DNA of 64,000 bases from Rhabdothermincola salaria. Lineage in GTDB: Bacteria > Actinomycetota > Acidimicrobiia > Acidimicrobiales > Acidimicrobilacustridaceae. Numbering within the stretch: the first letter of the stretch is position 1; every line of letters begins with the position of its first letter. Below are positions 46,271 through 58,746 of the stretch, one piece after another. Made by a program: the position numbers and the translations under genes. The stretch lies in NCBI RefSeq assembly GCF_021246445.1, contig NZ_JAJQXW010000002.1, positions 558,001-622,000 on the forward strand, given 5' to 3'. A model generated the notes under the pieces. The model saw only the letters and a list, made by a program, of their open reading frames with translations, had not been told where the DNA came from and did no database searches.

Positions 46271-48514
46271 ATGGAGGACGGCATCCACCGCTCACTGGGA
46301 CTCACCGACGACGAGTACGCCGCCATCGAGCGCATCGTCGGGCGAGCCCCGAACCACCTCGAGCTGGCCATGTACGCGGTGATGTGGTCGGAGCACTGCT
46401 CCTACAAGTCGTCGCGGATCCACCTCAAGCGCCTCCCCACCGAGGCCCCCTGGGTGCTGGTGGGTCCGGGCGAGAACGCCGGCGTGGTCGACGTGGGCGA
46501 CGGCATCGCCGCCGCCATCCGCATCGAGAGCCACAACCACCCGTCGGCCATCGAGCCCTACCAGGGCGCGGCCACCGGGGTGGGAGGCATCCTCCGCGAC
46601 ATCTTCACCATGGGCGCCCGGCCCATCGCCTTGATGGACCCGCTGCGCTTCGGGCCCCTCGACGACGCCCGCAGCCGCTGGATCGCCGAGGGCGTGGTCA
46701 GCGGGGTGTCCGGCTACGGCAACTCGGTCGGCGTGCCCAACGTCGGCGGCGAGACCGTCTTCGACGAGACCTACAAGGGCAACCCGCTCGTCAACGTGCT
46801 GTGCCTCGGCCTGTTGCCCACCGAACGGCTGGTGCTCGGACAGGCCACCGGCGTCGGCAACCTGGCGGTGCTGCTCGGCTCCACCACCGGCCGCGACGGC
46901 ATCGGCGGCGTGAGCGTGCTGGCCTCGGCCGGGTTCTCCGACGAGGAGTCCGACGCCGAGAAGCGCCCCAGCGTGCAGGTCGGCGACCCCTTCGAGGAGA
47001 AGCGGCTCATCGAGGCGTGCCTCGAGCTGCTCGACGCCGGCCTGGTGGTCGGCATCCAGGACCTCGGCGGGGCCGGGCTCACCTGCGCCACCAGCGAGAC
47101 CGCCAGCCGCGGCGGCATGGGCATGGACGTCGACGTCACCGCGGTGCCCCTGCGCGAGCAGGGCATGGAGCCCTTCGAGACGATGACCTCCGAGAGCCAG
47201 GAGCGCATGCTCGCCATCGTCGAGCCGGCCGACCTCGACCGCGTGCTCGAGATCTGCGAGCGCTGGGAGGTGCGGGCCTCGGTCATCGGCAAGGTCACCC
47301 CGGGCCCGGCCACCGGCGACCCCGACGGCGGCCGGCTGCGCATCCTCGACGGGTGGGAGGGCGACGTGCTCGCCGACATCCCCGCGGCGTCGCTCCACGA
47401 GGACGCCCCGCTCTACGACCGGCCCTGCGTGTGCCCCACGAACTTCGACGAGGTCACCCGCGTCTCCGCCGTCGACGCCGAGCCCATGCCGGCCAGCGCC
47501 GACGCCGGCGCCGAGCTGCTCGACCTCCTCGGCGACAGCCGCTGGGTGTGGTCCCAGTACGACCACCAGCTGTTCCTCAACACGGTCGAGGGCCCGGGGG
47601 GCGACGCCGCCGTGCTGCGCCTCAAGCACCCCGCCACCGGCGCCGACACCGGCCGGGGCCTGGCCCTCACGACCGACGGCAACCACCGGTGGTGCGCCGT
47701 CGATCCCCGTCAGGGCACCGCCCTGACCGTCGCCGAGTCCGTCATGAACCTGGCCTGCGTGGGGGCCCGTCCCCTGGCGGTCGTCAACTGCCTCAACTTC
47801 GGCAACCCCGAGCACGCCGAGGTGATGTGGCAGCTGTCGGAGTCCATCGACGGCATGGCCGAGGCGTGCAAGGCCTTCGACGTGCCCGTCATCGGCGGCA
47901 ATGTCAGCCTCTACAACGAGGCCCAGGGCGCCAACATCGATCCGACACCGGTCATCGGCCTGCTGGGCGTCGTCGACCGGCTCGACCGACGTCCGCCCGG
48001 GGTCGGCCTCGTCGACGGCGGTCGTCTGATCCTCATCGGGGTCACCCAGCCCGAGCTGTCCGGTTCTCGCTGGGCGCGGGCCCGCGGCCACCGGGGCGGC
48101 AAGCTCCCCGGCCTCGACCACGCCCACCACCTGGCCGTGGCCGACGTGGTGCGCACCCTCGTGGCCGGTGGCCTGCTGGCCGGCGCCCACGACGTGTCCG
48201 GGGGCGGCCTGGGCCTGGCCCTCGCCGAGATGGCGGTGCGGTCCGGGCTGGGCGTCAACGTGGCCCGCGTCGCCGATGCCGCCGAGCTGTTCAGCGAGAG
48301 CCCGTCACGCGTCGTCGTGTGCGTCGCCCCCGACGACGTCACCACCGTGCTCAACGTCTGCGAGCAGGCGGGCGTCCCCACCAGCCGCATCGGCGTGGCC
48401 GGTGGCGACCGCATCGCCGTCAAGGGCCTCCTCGACATCGCCCTGGCCGAGGCCGAGGCGACCTGGGCGAACCGCCTCCCCGATGCCCTGGGCGCCGGCA
48501 CCACCCAGGGGTGA
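46271..48514 (+). CDS. purL: FGAM synthase synthetase subunit PurL
   Basis: [45 protein letters not shown]. Confidence 0.97.
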   Translation: MEDGIHRSLGLTDDEYAAIERIVGRAPNHLELAMYAVMWSEHCSYKSSRIHLKRLPTEAPWVLVGPGENAGVVDVGDGIAAAIRIESHNHPSAIEPYQGAATGVGGILRDIFTMGARPIALMDPLRFGPLDDARSRWIAEGVVSGVSGYGNSVGVPNVGGETVFDETYKGNPLVNVLCLGLLPTERLVLGQATGVGNLAVLLGSTTGRDGIGGVSVLASAGFSDEESDAEKRPSVQVGDPFEEKRLIEACLELLDAGLVVGIQDLGGAGLTCATSETASRGGMGMDVDVTAVPLREQGMEPFETMTSESQERMLAIVEPADLDRVLEICERWEVRASVIGKVTPGPATGDPDGGRLRILDGWEGDVLADIPAASLHEDAPLYDRPCVCPTNFDEVTRVSAVDAEPMPASADAGAELLDLLGDSRWVWSQYDHQLFLNTVEGPGGDAAVLRLKHPATGADTGRGLALTTDGNHRWCAVDPRQGTALTVAESVMNLACVGARPLAVVNCLNFGNPEHAEVMWQLSESIDGMAEACKAFDVPVIGGNVSLYNEAQGANIDPTPVIGLLGVVDRLDRRPPGVGLVDGGRLILIGVTQPELSGSRWARARGHRGGKLPGLDHAHHLAVADVVRTLVAGGLLAGAHDVSGGGLGLALAEMAVRSGLGVNVARVADAAELFSESPSRVVVCVAPDDVTTVLNVCEQAGVPTSRIGVAGGDRIAVKGLLDIALAEAEATWANRLPDALGAGTTQG

Positions 48515-48582
48515 CACGCCCGTCACACCCCGACGGCCCGCCCTCCCGGCACCGCTACGCTGACGCGGTGAGCTCCGAGGGC

Positions 48583-50226
48583 ATGAGCGTTCCGTCGTCC
48601 ACGTCGCCGTCGACAGCCGTCGAGGCCGACGGCGACCCCGACGCCGACACCCCCAAGGAGGCCTGCGGGGTCTTCGGGGTCTACGCCCCCGGCCAGCCGG
48701 TCTCCCACCTCACCTACCTCGGCCTCTACGCCCTTCAGCACCGCGGCCAGGAGGCCGCCGGCATGGCGGTGAGCGACGGCAACACCATCACCGTGGTCAA
48801 GGACATGGGCCTCGTGTCCAACGCCTTCGACGACCGCACGCTCGCCGCCCTCAACGGTCACCTCGCCATCGGCCACACCCGCTACTCGACCACCGGGTCG
48901 AGCACGTGGCGCAACGCCCAGCCCGTCTACCGCGACATGGGCGACCACACCGTCGCCCTGGGCCACAACGGCAACCTGGTCAACACCGAGGAGCTGGCCG
49001 AGGAGGCCGGCATGCTGCCGGGCACCGTCACCAGCGACAGCGACCTCATGGCCGAGCTCATCGCCGCCGAGCTGGGCAAGCACCCGGACTCCTCCTCCGA
49101 CGGCCGGGCCCTCGAGCGGGCCATGTTGGCCGTGCTGGGTCGCCTGAAGGGCGCCTTCTCCGTGGTGGCCATGGACGAGGGCCACGTCATCGGGGTGCGC
49201 GATCCCCACGGGTTCCGACCGCTGTGCCTGGGCAAGCTCGACCAGGGCTGGGTGCTGGCCTCGGAGAGCCCGGCGCTCGACGTGCTCGGGGCCCACTTCG
49301 TGCGCGAGCTCGAGCCGGGCGAGATGATCGTCATCGACGCCACCGGCTACCGGTCGGTGCGGGTCTTCCCGGCCGGGCAGGTCGATCCTCGCCTCTGCCT
49401 GTTCGAGTTCGTCTACTTCGCCCGGCCCGACACCCGCCTCTACGGGCGCAGCGTGCACGGCGCCCGGGTGCGCATGGGCGAGCAGCTGGCCGAGCAGGCC
49501 CCGGTCGAGGCCGACCTGGTGATGGGCGTGCCCGAGTCGGGCATCCCCGCGGCCGAGGGCTACGCCCGCCGCAGCGGCATCTCCTACGGCCAGGGGCTGG
49601 TCAAGAACCGCTACATCGGCCGTACCTTCATCGCACCCAACCAGGAGATGCGGGCCCTCGGCGTGCGCATGAAGCTCAACCCGCTGCGCGACAACATCGC
49701 CGGCAAGCGCTTGGTGGTCGTCGACGACTCCATCGTGCGGGGCACCACCACGCGGGGCATGGTGTCGATGCTGCGTGAGGCCGGGGCGCTCGAGGTGCAC
49801 CTGCGCATCTCGTCGCCGCCCTACAAGTGGCCGTGCTTCTACGGCATGGACACCGGTGCCCGCTCCGAGCTGCTGGCCGCCCACATGAGCGTGGACGAGA
49901 TCCGTGAGTACCTCAACGTCGACTCCATCGCCTACCTGAACCTCGATCGCCTCATCACGGCCACGGGGGCGGTGGGGGCCGGGTTCTGCGACGCCTGCCT
50001 CACCGGCGAGTACCCCGTCGAGGTCCCGGTCAGCCTCACCAAGGGCGTGCTCGAGGTGGCGGCCCCGGCGGCGGCGGAGGTGTCCGAGTCCACGTTCTCG
50101 GCGTTGCTGCGGGGCGAGGGCGAGCTCCCGGCCGACCGGGCCCGCGCCCATCGAGACGGTGGCGACGGCGTCGAGGTCATCTCCGACGGATCCGGTGGGT
50201 TCGACGACGGGCCCGCCCGTGGCTGA
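48583..50226 (+). CDS. purF: Amidophosphoribosyltransferase
   Basis: Propeptide then CGVFG, QHRGQE, GHTRYST, VDDSIVRGTT. Confidence 0.97.
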   Translation: MSVPSSTSPSTAVEADGDPDADTPKEACGVFGVYAPGQPVSHLTYLGLYALQHRGQEAAGMAVSDGNTITVVKDMGLVSNAFDDRTLAALNGHLAIGHTRYSTTGSSTWRNAQPVYRDMGDHTVALGHNGNLVNTEELAEEAGMLPGTVTSDSDLMAELIAAELGKHPDSSSDGRALERAMLAVLGRLKGAFSVVAMDEGHVIGVRDPHGFRPLCLGKLDQGWVLASESPALDVLGAHFVRELEPGEMIVIDATGYRSVRVFPAGQVDPRLCLFEFVYFARPDTRLYGRSVHGARVRMGEQLAEQAPVEADLVMGVPESGIPAAEGYARRSGISYGQGLVKNRYIGRTFIAPNQEMRALGVRMKLNPLRDNIAGKRLVVVDDSIVRGTTTRGMVSMLREAGALEVHLRISSPPYKWPCFYGMDTGARSELLAAHMSVDEIREYLNVDSIAYLNLDRLITATGAVGAGFCDACLTGEYPVEVPVSLTKGVLEVAAPAAAEVSESTFSALLRGEGELPADRARAHRDGGDGVEVISDGSGGFDDGPARG

Positions 50227-51262
50227 CCCCACCGGGGAGACCTACGCCGCGGCCGGTGTCAGCATCGACGCCGGCGAGGAAGCCGTCTCGCGCATCAAGG
50301 ACAAGGTCCGCTCCACCTTCCGGCCCGAGGTCATCGGCGACATCGGTGGGTTCGGCGGGCTCTTCGAGCTCGACCTGGCCCGTTACCGCCGACCGGTGCT
50401 GGTGTCCTCCACCGACGGTGTCGGCACCAAAGCGCTGGTGGCGCAGGCCACCGACCGCTTCACCACCATCGGCATCGACCTGGTGGCCATGTGCGTCGAC
50501 GACCTGGTGTGTCAGGGGGCCGAGCCGCTGTTCTTCCTCGACTACATCGCGGTGGGGCGCCTCGACCCCGACCACATCGAGCAGCTGGTCGAAGGGGTGG
50601 CCGAGGGCTGCCGCCAGGCCGGGTGCGCGCTCGTCGGTGGCGAGATGGCCGAGCACCCCGGCGCCATGGAGCCCGGCGAGTTCGACCTCGTCGGCTTCGC
50701 CGTCGGCGTGGCCGAGCGCGATCGCCTCGTCACCGGGCAGACCGTCAGCGTGGGCGACGTGCTCATCGGCCTGCCCTCGCCGAACCTGCGCTCCAACGGG
50801 TACTCGCTGGCGCGGCGGGTGCTGCTCGAGCGGGCCGGACTGCCCCTCGACGGTCCGGCCTACGACGGCGCCCACCACTCCCTCGCCGACGAGCTGTTGG
50901 CCCCCTCGGTCATCTACTCGCCCACCGTCACCGCGCTGCTCGAGGCGGTCGACGTGCGAGCGGTGGCCCACATCACCGGTGGTGGCATCCCCGGCAACCT
51001 CAACCGGGTCCTGGCGCCGGGCACCGCCGCCGAGGTCGACCGGGGCTCGTGGGAGTCGCCGCGCATCTTCGGCGAGATCCAGCGTCTCGGCCAGGTGTCC
51101 GACGACGAGATGGCCAAGGTGTTCAACCTCGGCATCGGCATGGTCGTCGTGGTGCCCCCCGACGACGCCTACAAGGCGCTCGACCTGGCCCGCGCCCGGG
51201 GCCACCGGGCCATGGAGCTGGGTCGCATCATCGAAGGCGACGGCACCGTCCGCCTGATCTGA
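50219..51262 (+). CDS. purM: AIR synthetase
   Basis: YAAAGVSID, TDGVGTK, GGEMAEHPG, HITGGG, FNLGIG. Confidence 0.97.
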   Translation: MADPTGETYAAAGVSIDAGEEAVSRIKDKVRSTFRPEVIGDIGGFGGLFELDLARYRRPVLVSSTDGVGTKALVAQATDRFTTIGIDLVAMCVDDLVCQGAEPLFFLDYIAVGRLDPDHIEQLVEGVAEGCRQAGCALVGGEMAEHPGAMEPGEFDLVGFAVGVAERDRLVTGQTVSVGDVLIGLPSPNLRSNGYSLARRVLLERAGLPLDGPAYDGAHHSLADELLAPSVIYSPTVTALLEAVDVRAVAHITGGGIPGNLNRVLAPGTAAEVDRGSWESPRIFGEIQRLGQVSDDEMAKVFNLGIGMVVVVPPDDAYKALDLARARGHRAMELGRIIEGDGTVRLI

Positions 51263-51352
51263 CCGGCTGGTCCGGCCGCCGGGACTGAGGTCCGTCGGGT
51301 CGCGCCGGTGCCTCGGGAGGCCGCACCCGGCCCTCCGGTACGGTCGTTGGCC

Positions 51353-51916
51353 GTGACCGAGACAGTTGATCCCAAGCAGGCCCTCGTCGACCACCTCCTG
51401 CGCCACTCCGTGCGCACCGGGGACTTCACGTTGAAGTCGGGCCGCAAGAGCAGCTGGTTCATCGACTCCAAGCAGACGGCCTGTCGTCCCGACGGCCTGT
51501 TGCTCATGGCCGACGTGGGTCTGGACCTGGTGCCCGACGACGTCACCGCGGTGGGTGGGCTCACCGTCGGCGCCGATCCGGTGGCCTACGGCCTGGCGGC
51601 CGTGGCCGCCACCCGGGGTCGGGCGCTGAAGTCCTTCACCATCCGCAAGGAGGCCAAGGACCACGGGGTGGCCGGGCGCCTGGCCGGCGCCCTCGAGCCG
51701 GGCGACAAGGTGGTGATCACCGAGGACACCGTCACCCGCGGCACCTCCTCGATCGAGGCGCTCCGGGTGGTGCGCGAGCTGGGCGCCGAACCGGTGATGG
51801 TCCTCGTGCTCGTCGATCGGGGCGGCACCTGTGCCGCCATGGCCGACGCCGAAGGGGTGGCCTTCCGGGCCATGGTCACCGCCCCCGAGCTGGGCTTCGA
51901 CTACGAGGGCGTCTGA
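51353..51916 (+). CDS. pyrE: Orotate phosphoribosyltransferase
   Basis: GDFTLKSGRKS, IRKEAKDHG, EDTVTRGTS, LVDR. Confidence 0.88.
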   Translation: MTETVDPKQALVDHLLRHSVRTGDFTLKSGRKSSWFIDSKQTACRPDGLLLMADVGLDLVPDDVTAVGGLTVGADPVAYGLAAVAATRGRALKSFTIRKEAKDHGVAGRLAGALEPGDKVVITEDTVTRGTSSIEALRVVRELGAEPVMVLVLVDRGGTCAAMADAEGVAFRAMVTAPELGFDYEGV

Positions 51917-52003
51917 CCGCCGACCTGACGCCGACCTGACGCGCCGCCGCGGCGGCCGATCGCTTCGCCCCGCTGCGGCGAGGCCGGTAGCGTCTGGGTC
52001 CCT

Positions 52004-53407
<1,404 letters not shown>

Positions 53408-53577
53408 AGGCACCGCGGCGCTCCGCCCGGGGGGGGGTCGGCACCGGGGTGCCGTCTGGTGGCGAGGGGAAGCGCAGCGACCGAGCCACATCGCGGCGCT
53501 CCGCGACGCCATGAACATGGCAGAGTGAACGGCGGCCGGGGGATCCCGGCCGCCGTTTCGCTTCCAGGGGGACAGAC

Positions 53578-54498
53578 GTGCCGTTGCATCCGCAGGCTCA
53601 GATGGTGATCGATTTCCTCGGCTCCACGGGGTTCTCGTTCTCGGGCGACCTCTCGCCCGACGAGCTGAGGAACCTCGGGGGTGCGTCCATCCCCAGCCCC
53701 GTCGAGCTGGCCAGCATCGTCGACCGCACCATCCCCGGACCGGGGGGAGAGCTCCCGGTGCGCATCTACCGGCCCAACGACGACCAGTCGCTGCCGGTGG
53801 TGGTGTTCTTCCACGGTGGCGGGTGGGTCATCGGTGGTCTCGACTCCCACGACCACCTGGCGCGGGTGCTGGCCAACAAGGCCGACTGCGTGGTGGTGGC
53901 CGTCGACTACCGGTTGGCTCCCGAGGCCAAGTTCCCGGCGGCGGCCGACGATGCGGTGGCCGCCTTCGAGTGGGTGCTCGACAACGCCGCCGAGCTCGGT
54001 GTCGACACCGACCGGGTGGCCGTCGCCGGCGACAGCGCCGGTGGGAACCTGGCCGCGGTGGTGGCGGTGCACGCCCGTGACACCGACCGGGTGGAGGTCG
54101 TCCAGCAGGTCCTCATCTACCCGGTCACCGACGGCACCTGCGACCGACCGTCGATGACCGACAACGCCGAGGGCTACTTCCTCACCCGTGACGGCATGGA
54201 GTGGTTCCACGGCCACTACGCCAACGACGACGCCGACCGCACCCATCCCCGCTACTCGCCCATCCTGGCCGACCTGAAGGGCGTCGCCCCGGCCGTGGTG
54301 GTGACCGCCGAGTACGACCCGTTGCGCGACCAGGGGCGGGCGTTCGCCGAGGCCCTCACCGAGGCGGGCGTCGAGGCCGAGTACCACGAGTTCGAGGGCA
54401 TGTTCCACGGCTTCTTCTCCATGGATGCCGGCATCGACGCCGCCGGCGACGCCCAGGACAAGGTGGCCGCCGCCCTGCGCGAGGCCTTCTCGGCCTGA
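53578..54498 (+). CDS. HSL-family alpha/beta hydrolase (esterase/lipase)
   Basis: HGGGW, GDSAGG, DPLRD, HGF. Confidence 0.94.
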   Translation: MPLHPQAQMVIDFLGSTGFSFSGDLSPDELRNLGGASIPSPVELASIVDRTIPGPGGELPVRIYRPNDDQSLPVVVFFHGGGWVIGGLDSHDHLARVLANKADCVVVAVDYRLAPEAKFPAAADDAVAAFEWVLDNAAELGVDTDRVAVAGDSAGGNLAAVVAVHARDTDRVEVVQQVLIYPVTDGTCDRPSMTDNAEGYFLTRDGMEWFHGHYANDDADRTHPRYSPILADLKGVAPAVVVTAEYDPLRDQGRAFAEALTEAGVEAEYHEFEGMFHGFFSMDAGIDAAGDAQDKVAAALREAFSA

Positions 54499-54616
54499 CG
54501 CACGCCGCGAGCCGGCCGTACCTGGGGACGGGCTCAAACGGCCGGCGCGCGGCTCCATCGTTGGCGTGGGAACGCAGAGTCCGGGGAGAGACGGGAGCAA
54601 GCGTTGTCCACGTCGG

Positions 54617-54795
54617 TCAGTGATCGAGCGGGTTGGCCACGTGGATGCCTCGTCGATGAGGTCCTCGGTGATCTCGACCAGGCTCATCTCCTCGACGAGC
54701 TCAGTGAGGTCGGCCTTGGCTCGCTTCAGTTGCCCTGGTGTGAGGCGGCCGTTCCGTTCGGCGGCTGCGAGCACGGCCCGACCCTCGACGACGAC
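54617..54795 (-). pseudogene. Fragment of a PIN-domain (VapC-like) toxin gene with an internal deletion
   Basis: One frame reads VVVEGRAVLAAAERNGRLT...VEITEDLIDEA; a shifted frame continues GIHVANPLDH*. The N-terminus and the central LRxxDAxH segment are missing. Confidence 0.55.
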
Positions 54796-54823
54796 GGGCG
54801 AATCGGGCGCCGGAGGTGGTCGG

Positions 54824-54860
54824 CGAAAACGAACGAAACCCCTGCGGAGCAGGGGTTTCG
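54824..54860 (-). terminator. Intrinsic terminator of the tRNA operon
   Basis: CGAAACCCCTGC-TCC-GCAGGGGTTTCG followed by TTCGTTTT on the minus strand, immediately after tRNA-Phe. Confidence 0.8.
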
Positions 54861-54864
54861 CAGG

Positions 54865-54937
54865 TGGTCGGGACCGGCGTCGATCCGGTGACCTATCGCT
54901 TTTCAGGCGATCGCTCTGCCAACTGAGCTACCCGACC
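54865..54937 (-). tRNA. tRNA-Phe (GAA)
   Basis: GGTCGGGTAGCTCAGTTGGCAGAGCGATCGCCTGAAAAGCGATAGGTCACCGGATCGACGCCGGTCCCGACCA; CCA not encoded; T-loop reads ATCGACG. Confidence 0.93.
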
Positions 54938-54973
54938 CGGTGTCGCCACACGCCTCGTGAGTTGTGTGGCAAC

Positions 54974-55051
54974 TGGCGGTCCCGACGGGATTTGAACCCG
55001 CGACCTCCGGCTTGACAGGCCGGCGTGCACTCCAAACTGCACCACGGGACC
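54974..55051 (-). tRNA. tRNA-Asp (GTC)
   Basis: GGTCCCGTGGTGCAGTTTGGAGTGCACGCCGGCCTGTCAAGCCGGAGGTCGCGGGTTCAAATCCCGTCGGGACCGCCA. Confidence 0.96.
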
Positions 55052-55086
55052 ACTGTTGCAACCCGACCTCGCGGCCGGGGACTGCG

Positions 55087-55159
55087 TACCCCCAACGGGA
55101 TTCGAACCCGTGTTACCGCCTTGAAAGGGCGGCGTCCTAGGCCACTGGACGATGGGGGC
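55087..55159 (-). tRNA. tRNA-Glu (TTC)
   Basis: GCCCCCATCGTCCAGTGGCCTAGGACGCCGCCCTTTCAAGGCGGTAACACGGGTTCGAATCCCGTTGGGGGTA. Confidence 0.96.
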
Positions 55160-55270
55160 TCTCTGCCGTGAGGGCTCGGTCACCATAGCAGCACGCCCCC
55201 CGGCCTTCGCCAGACGAGCCCGTCGCCCGCCCGACCCCGGAGGTCCCCGGCGCGTCGGTACGGTGAACCC

Positions 55271-56797
55271 ATGACCGCGACGTACCCGCCCGGGCCACCG
55301 TCCCCGGTGGGTGCCTCGCCCAGCGGGCCTCCTGGTCGAGATCCCGACCGGGGCCCGCGGGTCGTCACCACGCTGGCCGTGGCCGCGGGTGCGCTCCTCC
55401 TCGTGGTCGCCGGCGCCGTGTCGGTGCTGGCCCTGCGCGCCGACGGGGGCCCACCCCCCGAGGTCGTGGCCCGGGGGGTCGACGAGGGCACCGACGCCGG
55501 CGCCGACGGCTGGGATCCCCGCCTCGAGGTCTTCGCCGAGTTCGTCGCCGAGTTCCGGGGCCGGCCCTTCCTCGAGCCCGTTCCCGTGGAGTTCCTCGAT
55601 GACGACGACTTTCGAGCCGCCGTCACCGACGCCAGCGGCGACCTCGACGACGAGGACCGTGCCGCGCTCGACGTGAGCACCGCCCAGCTCCGGGCGCTCG
55701 GCCTCATCACCGCGGAAGAGGACCTCCTCGACCAGTACGACCAGCTCATGGGCGAGGGCACCCTGGCCTTCTACGACACCGAGACCGACGCCGTCACCGT
55801 GCGGGGCACCGAGATCGACGCCGCCACCGGGGTCACCCTCGTCCACGAGCTCACCCACGCCTGGCAGGACCAGCACCTCGGGCTCGACCGCCTCGACGAC
55901 CTCGACGACCAGCCCGCGGCCAACCTGCGCACCCTCGCCGAGGGCGACGCCAGCCGGGTCGAAGACGCCTACGTGGCCACCCTCGACTCGGCCGAGCGCC
56001 GCGACTACGAGGCGCGCATGTCCCAGATGGGGTCGGCGGCGATGGGCGCCCTGGCCGGTGTGCCCGACGTGCTCCAGGCCGGCTTCGCCCTGCCCTACGC
56101 GGTCGGGCCCCCGTTCGTGGCCATCCTCGCCGACGAAGGCGGCAACGGCGCCGTCGACGACGCCCTGGCCGACCCACCCACCACCGACGCCGAGCTGCTC
56201 GACCCCGCCGTCTTCTTCGGTGGCTTCGAGCCGGTCGAGGTCACCAACCCTGCTCCCCTCGACGGCCAGGAGATCCTCGACGAGGGGCCCTTCGGCGCCA
56301 TCTCGTTGCTGATGGCGCTGTCCGAGCGCCTCGACCCCCGCGAGGTGCTCGTCGGGCTCGAGGGGTGGGCCGGCGACGCCTCCACCACGTACCGCCTCGA
56401 CGACCGACCGTGCACCGAGATCGTGGCCACCGGCACCGACGAGGCCGCCACCGCGGAGCTGGCCGAGCTGTTCACCGCCTGGGCCGATGCCGGCCCGCCC
56501 GGAGCGGCCTCCGCCGGGCTCGAAGGCGACCGGGCCTCGCTGCGGTCCTGCGAGCCCGACGGTGGCACCACGCCGTCAGGGGAGCGGGTCATGCTGGGCG
56601 TGCAGTACGCCGCCCTGCGCCTCACGCTCGTCCAGCAGGCCCTCGGCGAGGCCCACCTCGACATCGACGAGGCCACCTGCTTCGCCAGCGAGCTCACCAC
56701 CCAGATCAGCCCCGACGAGCTGACGGGCGGCGGGACGCTCTCCGAGGCCGAAGCCCAACGACGAGGCACCCAAGCGGCCATCACCTGCTTCCGCTGA
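55271..56797 (+). CDS. Membrane-anchored putative zinc metallopeptidase
   Basis: N-terminal TM; LVHELTHAWQDQH (HExxH) with downstream AEGDA; acidic extracellular domain. Confidence 0.75.
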   Translation: MTATYPPGPPSPVGASPSGPPGRDPDRGPRVVTTLAVAAGALLLVVAGAVSVLALRADGGPPPEVVARGVDEGTDAGADGWDPRLEVFAEFVAEFRGRPFLEPVPVEFLDDDDFRAAVTDASGDLDDEDRAALDVSTAQLRALGLITAEEDLLDQYDQLMGEGTLAFYDTETDAVTVRGTEIDAATGVTLVHELTHAWQDQHLGLDRLDDLDDQPAANLRTLAEGDASRVEDAYVATLDSAERRDYEARMSQMGSAAMGALAGVPDVLQAGFALPYAVGPPFVAILADEGGNGAVDDALADPPTTDAELLDPAVFFGGFEPVEVTNPAPLDGQEILDEGPFGAISLLMALSERLDPREVLVGLEGWAGDASTTYRLDDRPCTEIVATGTDEAATAELAELFTAWADAGPPGAASAGLEGDRASLRSCEPDGGTTPSGERVMLGVQYAALRLTLVQQALGEAHLDIDEATCFASELTTQISPDELTGGGTLSEAEAQRRGTQAAITCFR

Positions 56798-56833
56798 CCA
56801 GCCGCCCGACCGACGGTCGCCGCCGGGCACGGG

Positions 56834-57313
56834 TCAGAGGGTCTCGCCGAGGGCCTCTACGATGTCCTGCAGCAGGGCGCCGAGGAAGTGGTACACGATC
56901 AGCGCCGGGGTCTCGGGGTCTTCGGGGTCGAGGGCGTCCGGCTCCTCCTCCCCGACGTCGAGGGTGGTGCCGAACACCAGGCGCACGGCGTTGATGGCCG
57001 TCATCCACTGCTCGAGCGCCTCGCGGTCGAGCTGGGTGGCCTGGGCCCCGTCGATCAAGGTGGTGAGGTCGGCGAGGCGCTTGGTGCGCAGGTCGTCGTG
57101 CACCATCTCCTGGTACTGCGCCTCCTGCTCGGCGTCGGAGGCATGGGCCATGGGGAACAGCCGGCGCAGGGCGGGGGTGGCGTCGTCGTGCTCGATCGCC
57201 ACCCGGAGCTGCTCGCACACGTCGGACAGCACGGCCCGTTCGGTGTCGTCGAGACGGATGGTGAAGGTGTCAGAGTCGACGGCACGCACCCGCCGTCGGG
57301 AGAACAGGCCCAC
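56834..57313 (-). CDS. DUF2017-like protein (clpS partner gene)
   Basis: PALRRLFP...WMTAINAVRLVFGTTLDV; directly downstream of clpS, as is typical in actinobacteria. Confidence 0.82.
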   Translation of the reverse strand: MGLFSRRRVRAVDSDTFTIRLDDTERAVLSDVCEQLRVAIEHDDATPALRRLFPMAHASDAEQEAQYQEMVHDDLRTKRLADLTTLIDGAQATQLDREALEQWMTAINAVRLVFGTTLDVGEEEPDALDPEDPETPALIVYHFLGALLQDIVEALGETL

Positions 57314-57314
57314 G

Positions 57315-57641
57315 TCAGTCCTTCTGCATGGTGGCCCACAGGCCGTGCTCGTGGAGGCGGAAGACGTCGAGCTCGGCCTTCTCCTTGGTGCCGGTGGACA
57401 CCACCGCCCGACCCTTCTCGTGCACGTCGAGCATGAGCGACTCGGCGTGCTCGCGGCTGTAGCCGAAGAGCTTCTGCAGCACGAAGGTGACGTAGCTCAT
57501 CAAGTTGATGGGGTCGTTCCAGACCAGCACCACCCACGGCTGGTCGAGCTCGGCGAGGTCGTCGGGCGTGGCCTCCTCGACCTCGACGGGGCTCTCCACC
57601 GGAGCCGCGCCGGCGAGACGGAGCGACGAGAGGGGTGACAT
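57315..57641 (-). CDS. clpS: Clp protease adaptor ClpS
   Basis: [38 protein letters not shown]. Confidence 0.94.
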   Translation of the reverse strand: MSPLSSLRLAGAAPVESPVEVEEATPDDLAELDQPWVVLVWNDPINLMSYVTFVLQKLFGYSREHAESLMLDVHEKGRAVVSTGTKEKAELDVFRLHEHGLWATMQKD

Positions 57642-57687
57642 CACCGACGATCTTCCCCCAGCCGCGACGCTCGGGCCAGGCCTGCGC

Positions 57688-58635
57688 TCACCCGGTGGGA
57701 GCGACAAGGCTGTCGGTCGGGGGAGTGACGGTGGTGGGGCGGTGGCCCTCGGGCGGCTCGAGCGGGTGGGCGGTGAGCCCCAGGTGGAAGCGCAGCACGG
57801 CCACCCACACCACGATGCTGCCCACGATGTGCAGGGCCACGACGAGCGGCGGGACGCCCCCGAAGTACTGCACGTAGCCGATCGCCCCCTGCACCACGAT
57901 GGCGCCGACCAGCACCTTGGCCCGACGGTCGACCCCGAGCGGCGCGCCGCTGCGGTGCAGCTCCCACAAGGTCCACAGCGCGAGAGCCAGGAACGCCCAC
58001 ACCAGCAGCGAGTGGATGCGGGCCACCTCCATGAGGTCGAAGGGCAGGCGCTCGACGGTCTCGTCGCCGCCGTGGGGACCGGTGCCGGTGACGATGGTGC
58101 CCGACACCAGCACCACGGCGGCAGCCGCCACCAGCGTCCGCCCGAGCATGCGGACGCGCCGCGGGACGAGCGGGAGGCCCTTGGAACCGTCGTGGCCGGC
58201 CCGCTCGTGCAGCACCACCGCGTTCCACATGAGCACCATCGACAGCAGGAAGTGGCCGATGACGAACGGCGGCGAGAGGTGGAACAGCACCGTGAGGCCA
58301 CCGAGCACGATCTGGGCGAGCACCCCGGCCACCAGGCCCAGCGACCACCAGGTCAGGTCCCGGCGGCGCGGGGTGCGCAGCAGCGAGCCGAGCACGGCGA
58401 GGGCCACCGCCGCCGACACCAGGCCGGTGATGAGCCTGTTCACGAACTCCACGAGGGCGTGGTACTCGAGCGGGGCGACGAACTGCGTCTCCTCGCACTT
58501 GGGCCACGTGGAGCAGCCGAGGCCCGAGCCCGTCAGGCGCACACCCGCGCCGGTGACGATGATGAAGGCCAGAGCCAGCGCCGCCAGCAGGGTGATGCGC
58601 TGGTAGGCCCGGGGGGAGAGACGCGGCAGGCGCAC
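57688..58635 (-). CDS. ctaA: Heme A synthase (COX15/CtaA)
   Basis: [27 protein letters not shown], and conserved His residues in TM helices. Confidence 0.92.
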   Translation of the reverse strand: MRLPRLSPRAYQRITLLAALALAFIIVTGAGVRLTGSGLGCSTWPKCEETQFVAPLEYHALVEFVNRLITGLVSAAVALAVLGSLLRTPRRRDLTWWSLGLVAGVLAQIVLGGLTVLFHLSPPFVIGHFLLSMVLMWNAVVLHERAGHDGSKGLPLVPRRVRMLGRTLVAAAAVVLVSGTIVTGTGPHGGDETVERLPFDLMEVARIHSLLVWAFLALALWTLWELHRSGAPLGVDRRAKVLVGAIVVQGAIGYVQYFGGVPPLVVALHIVGSIVVWVAVLRFHLGLTAHPLEPPEGHRPTTVTPPTDSLVAPTG

Positions 58636-58746
58636 GCCCGAGATGGTACGGGAGGGCCCCTGGGGCTCCCCAATCAGGCCGGGCTCACCTCGCCGCGCCG
58701 CCGCGATTGTCGGCCCGAGAGGGGGGCGACCTACCATCGGTGTGCG

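Noticed and set aside
45620..48582. Long N-terminal extensions on purL and purF implied by the ORF track (likewise dnaK, purA, ctaB, dcd)
   Set aside because: These are artefacts of stop-poor GC-rich DNA; homologous starts with sensible spacing lie downstream.
54499..55270. Intact integrative element or prophage at the tRNA cluster
   Set aside because: No integrase, no att duplication of a tRNA 3' end and no phage genes are visible; only the vapC remnant is present.
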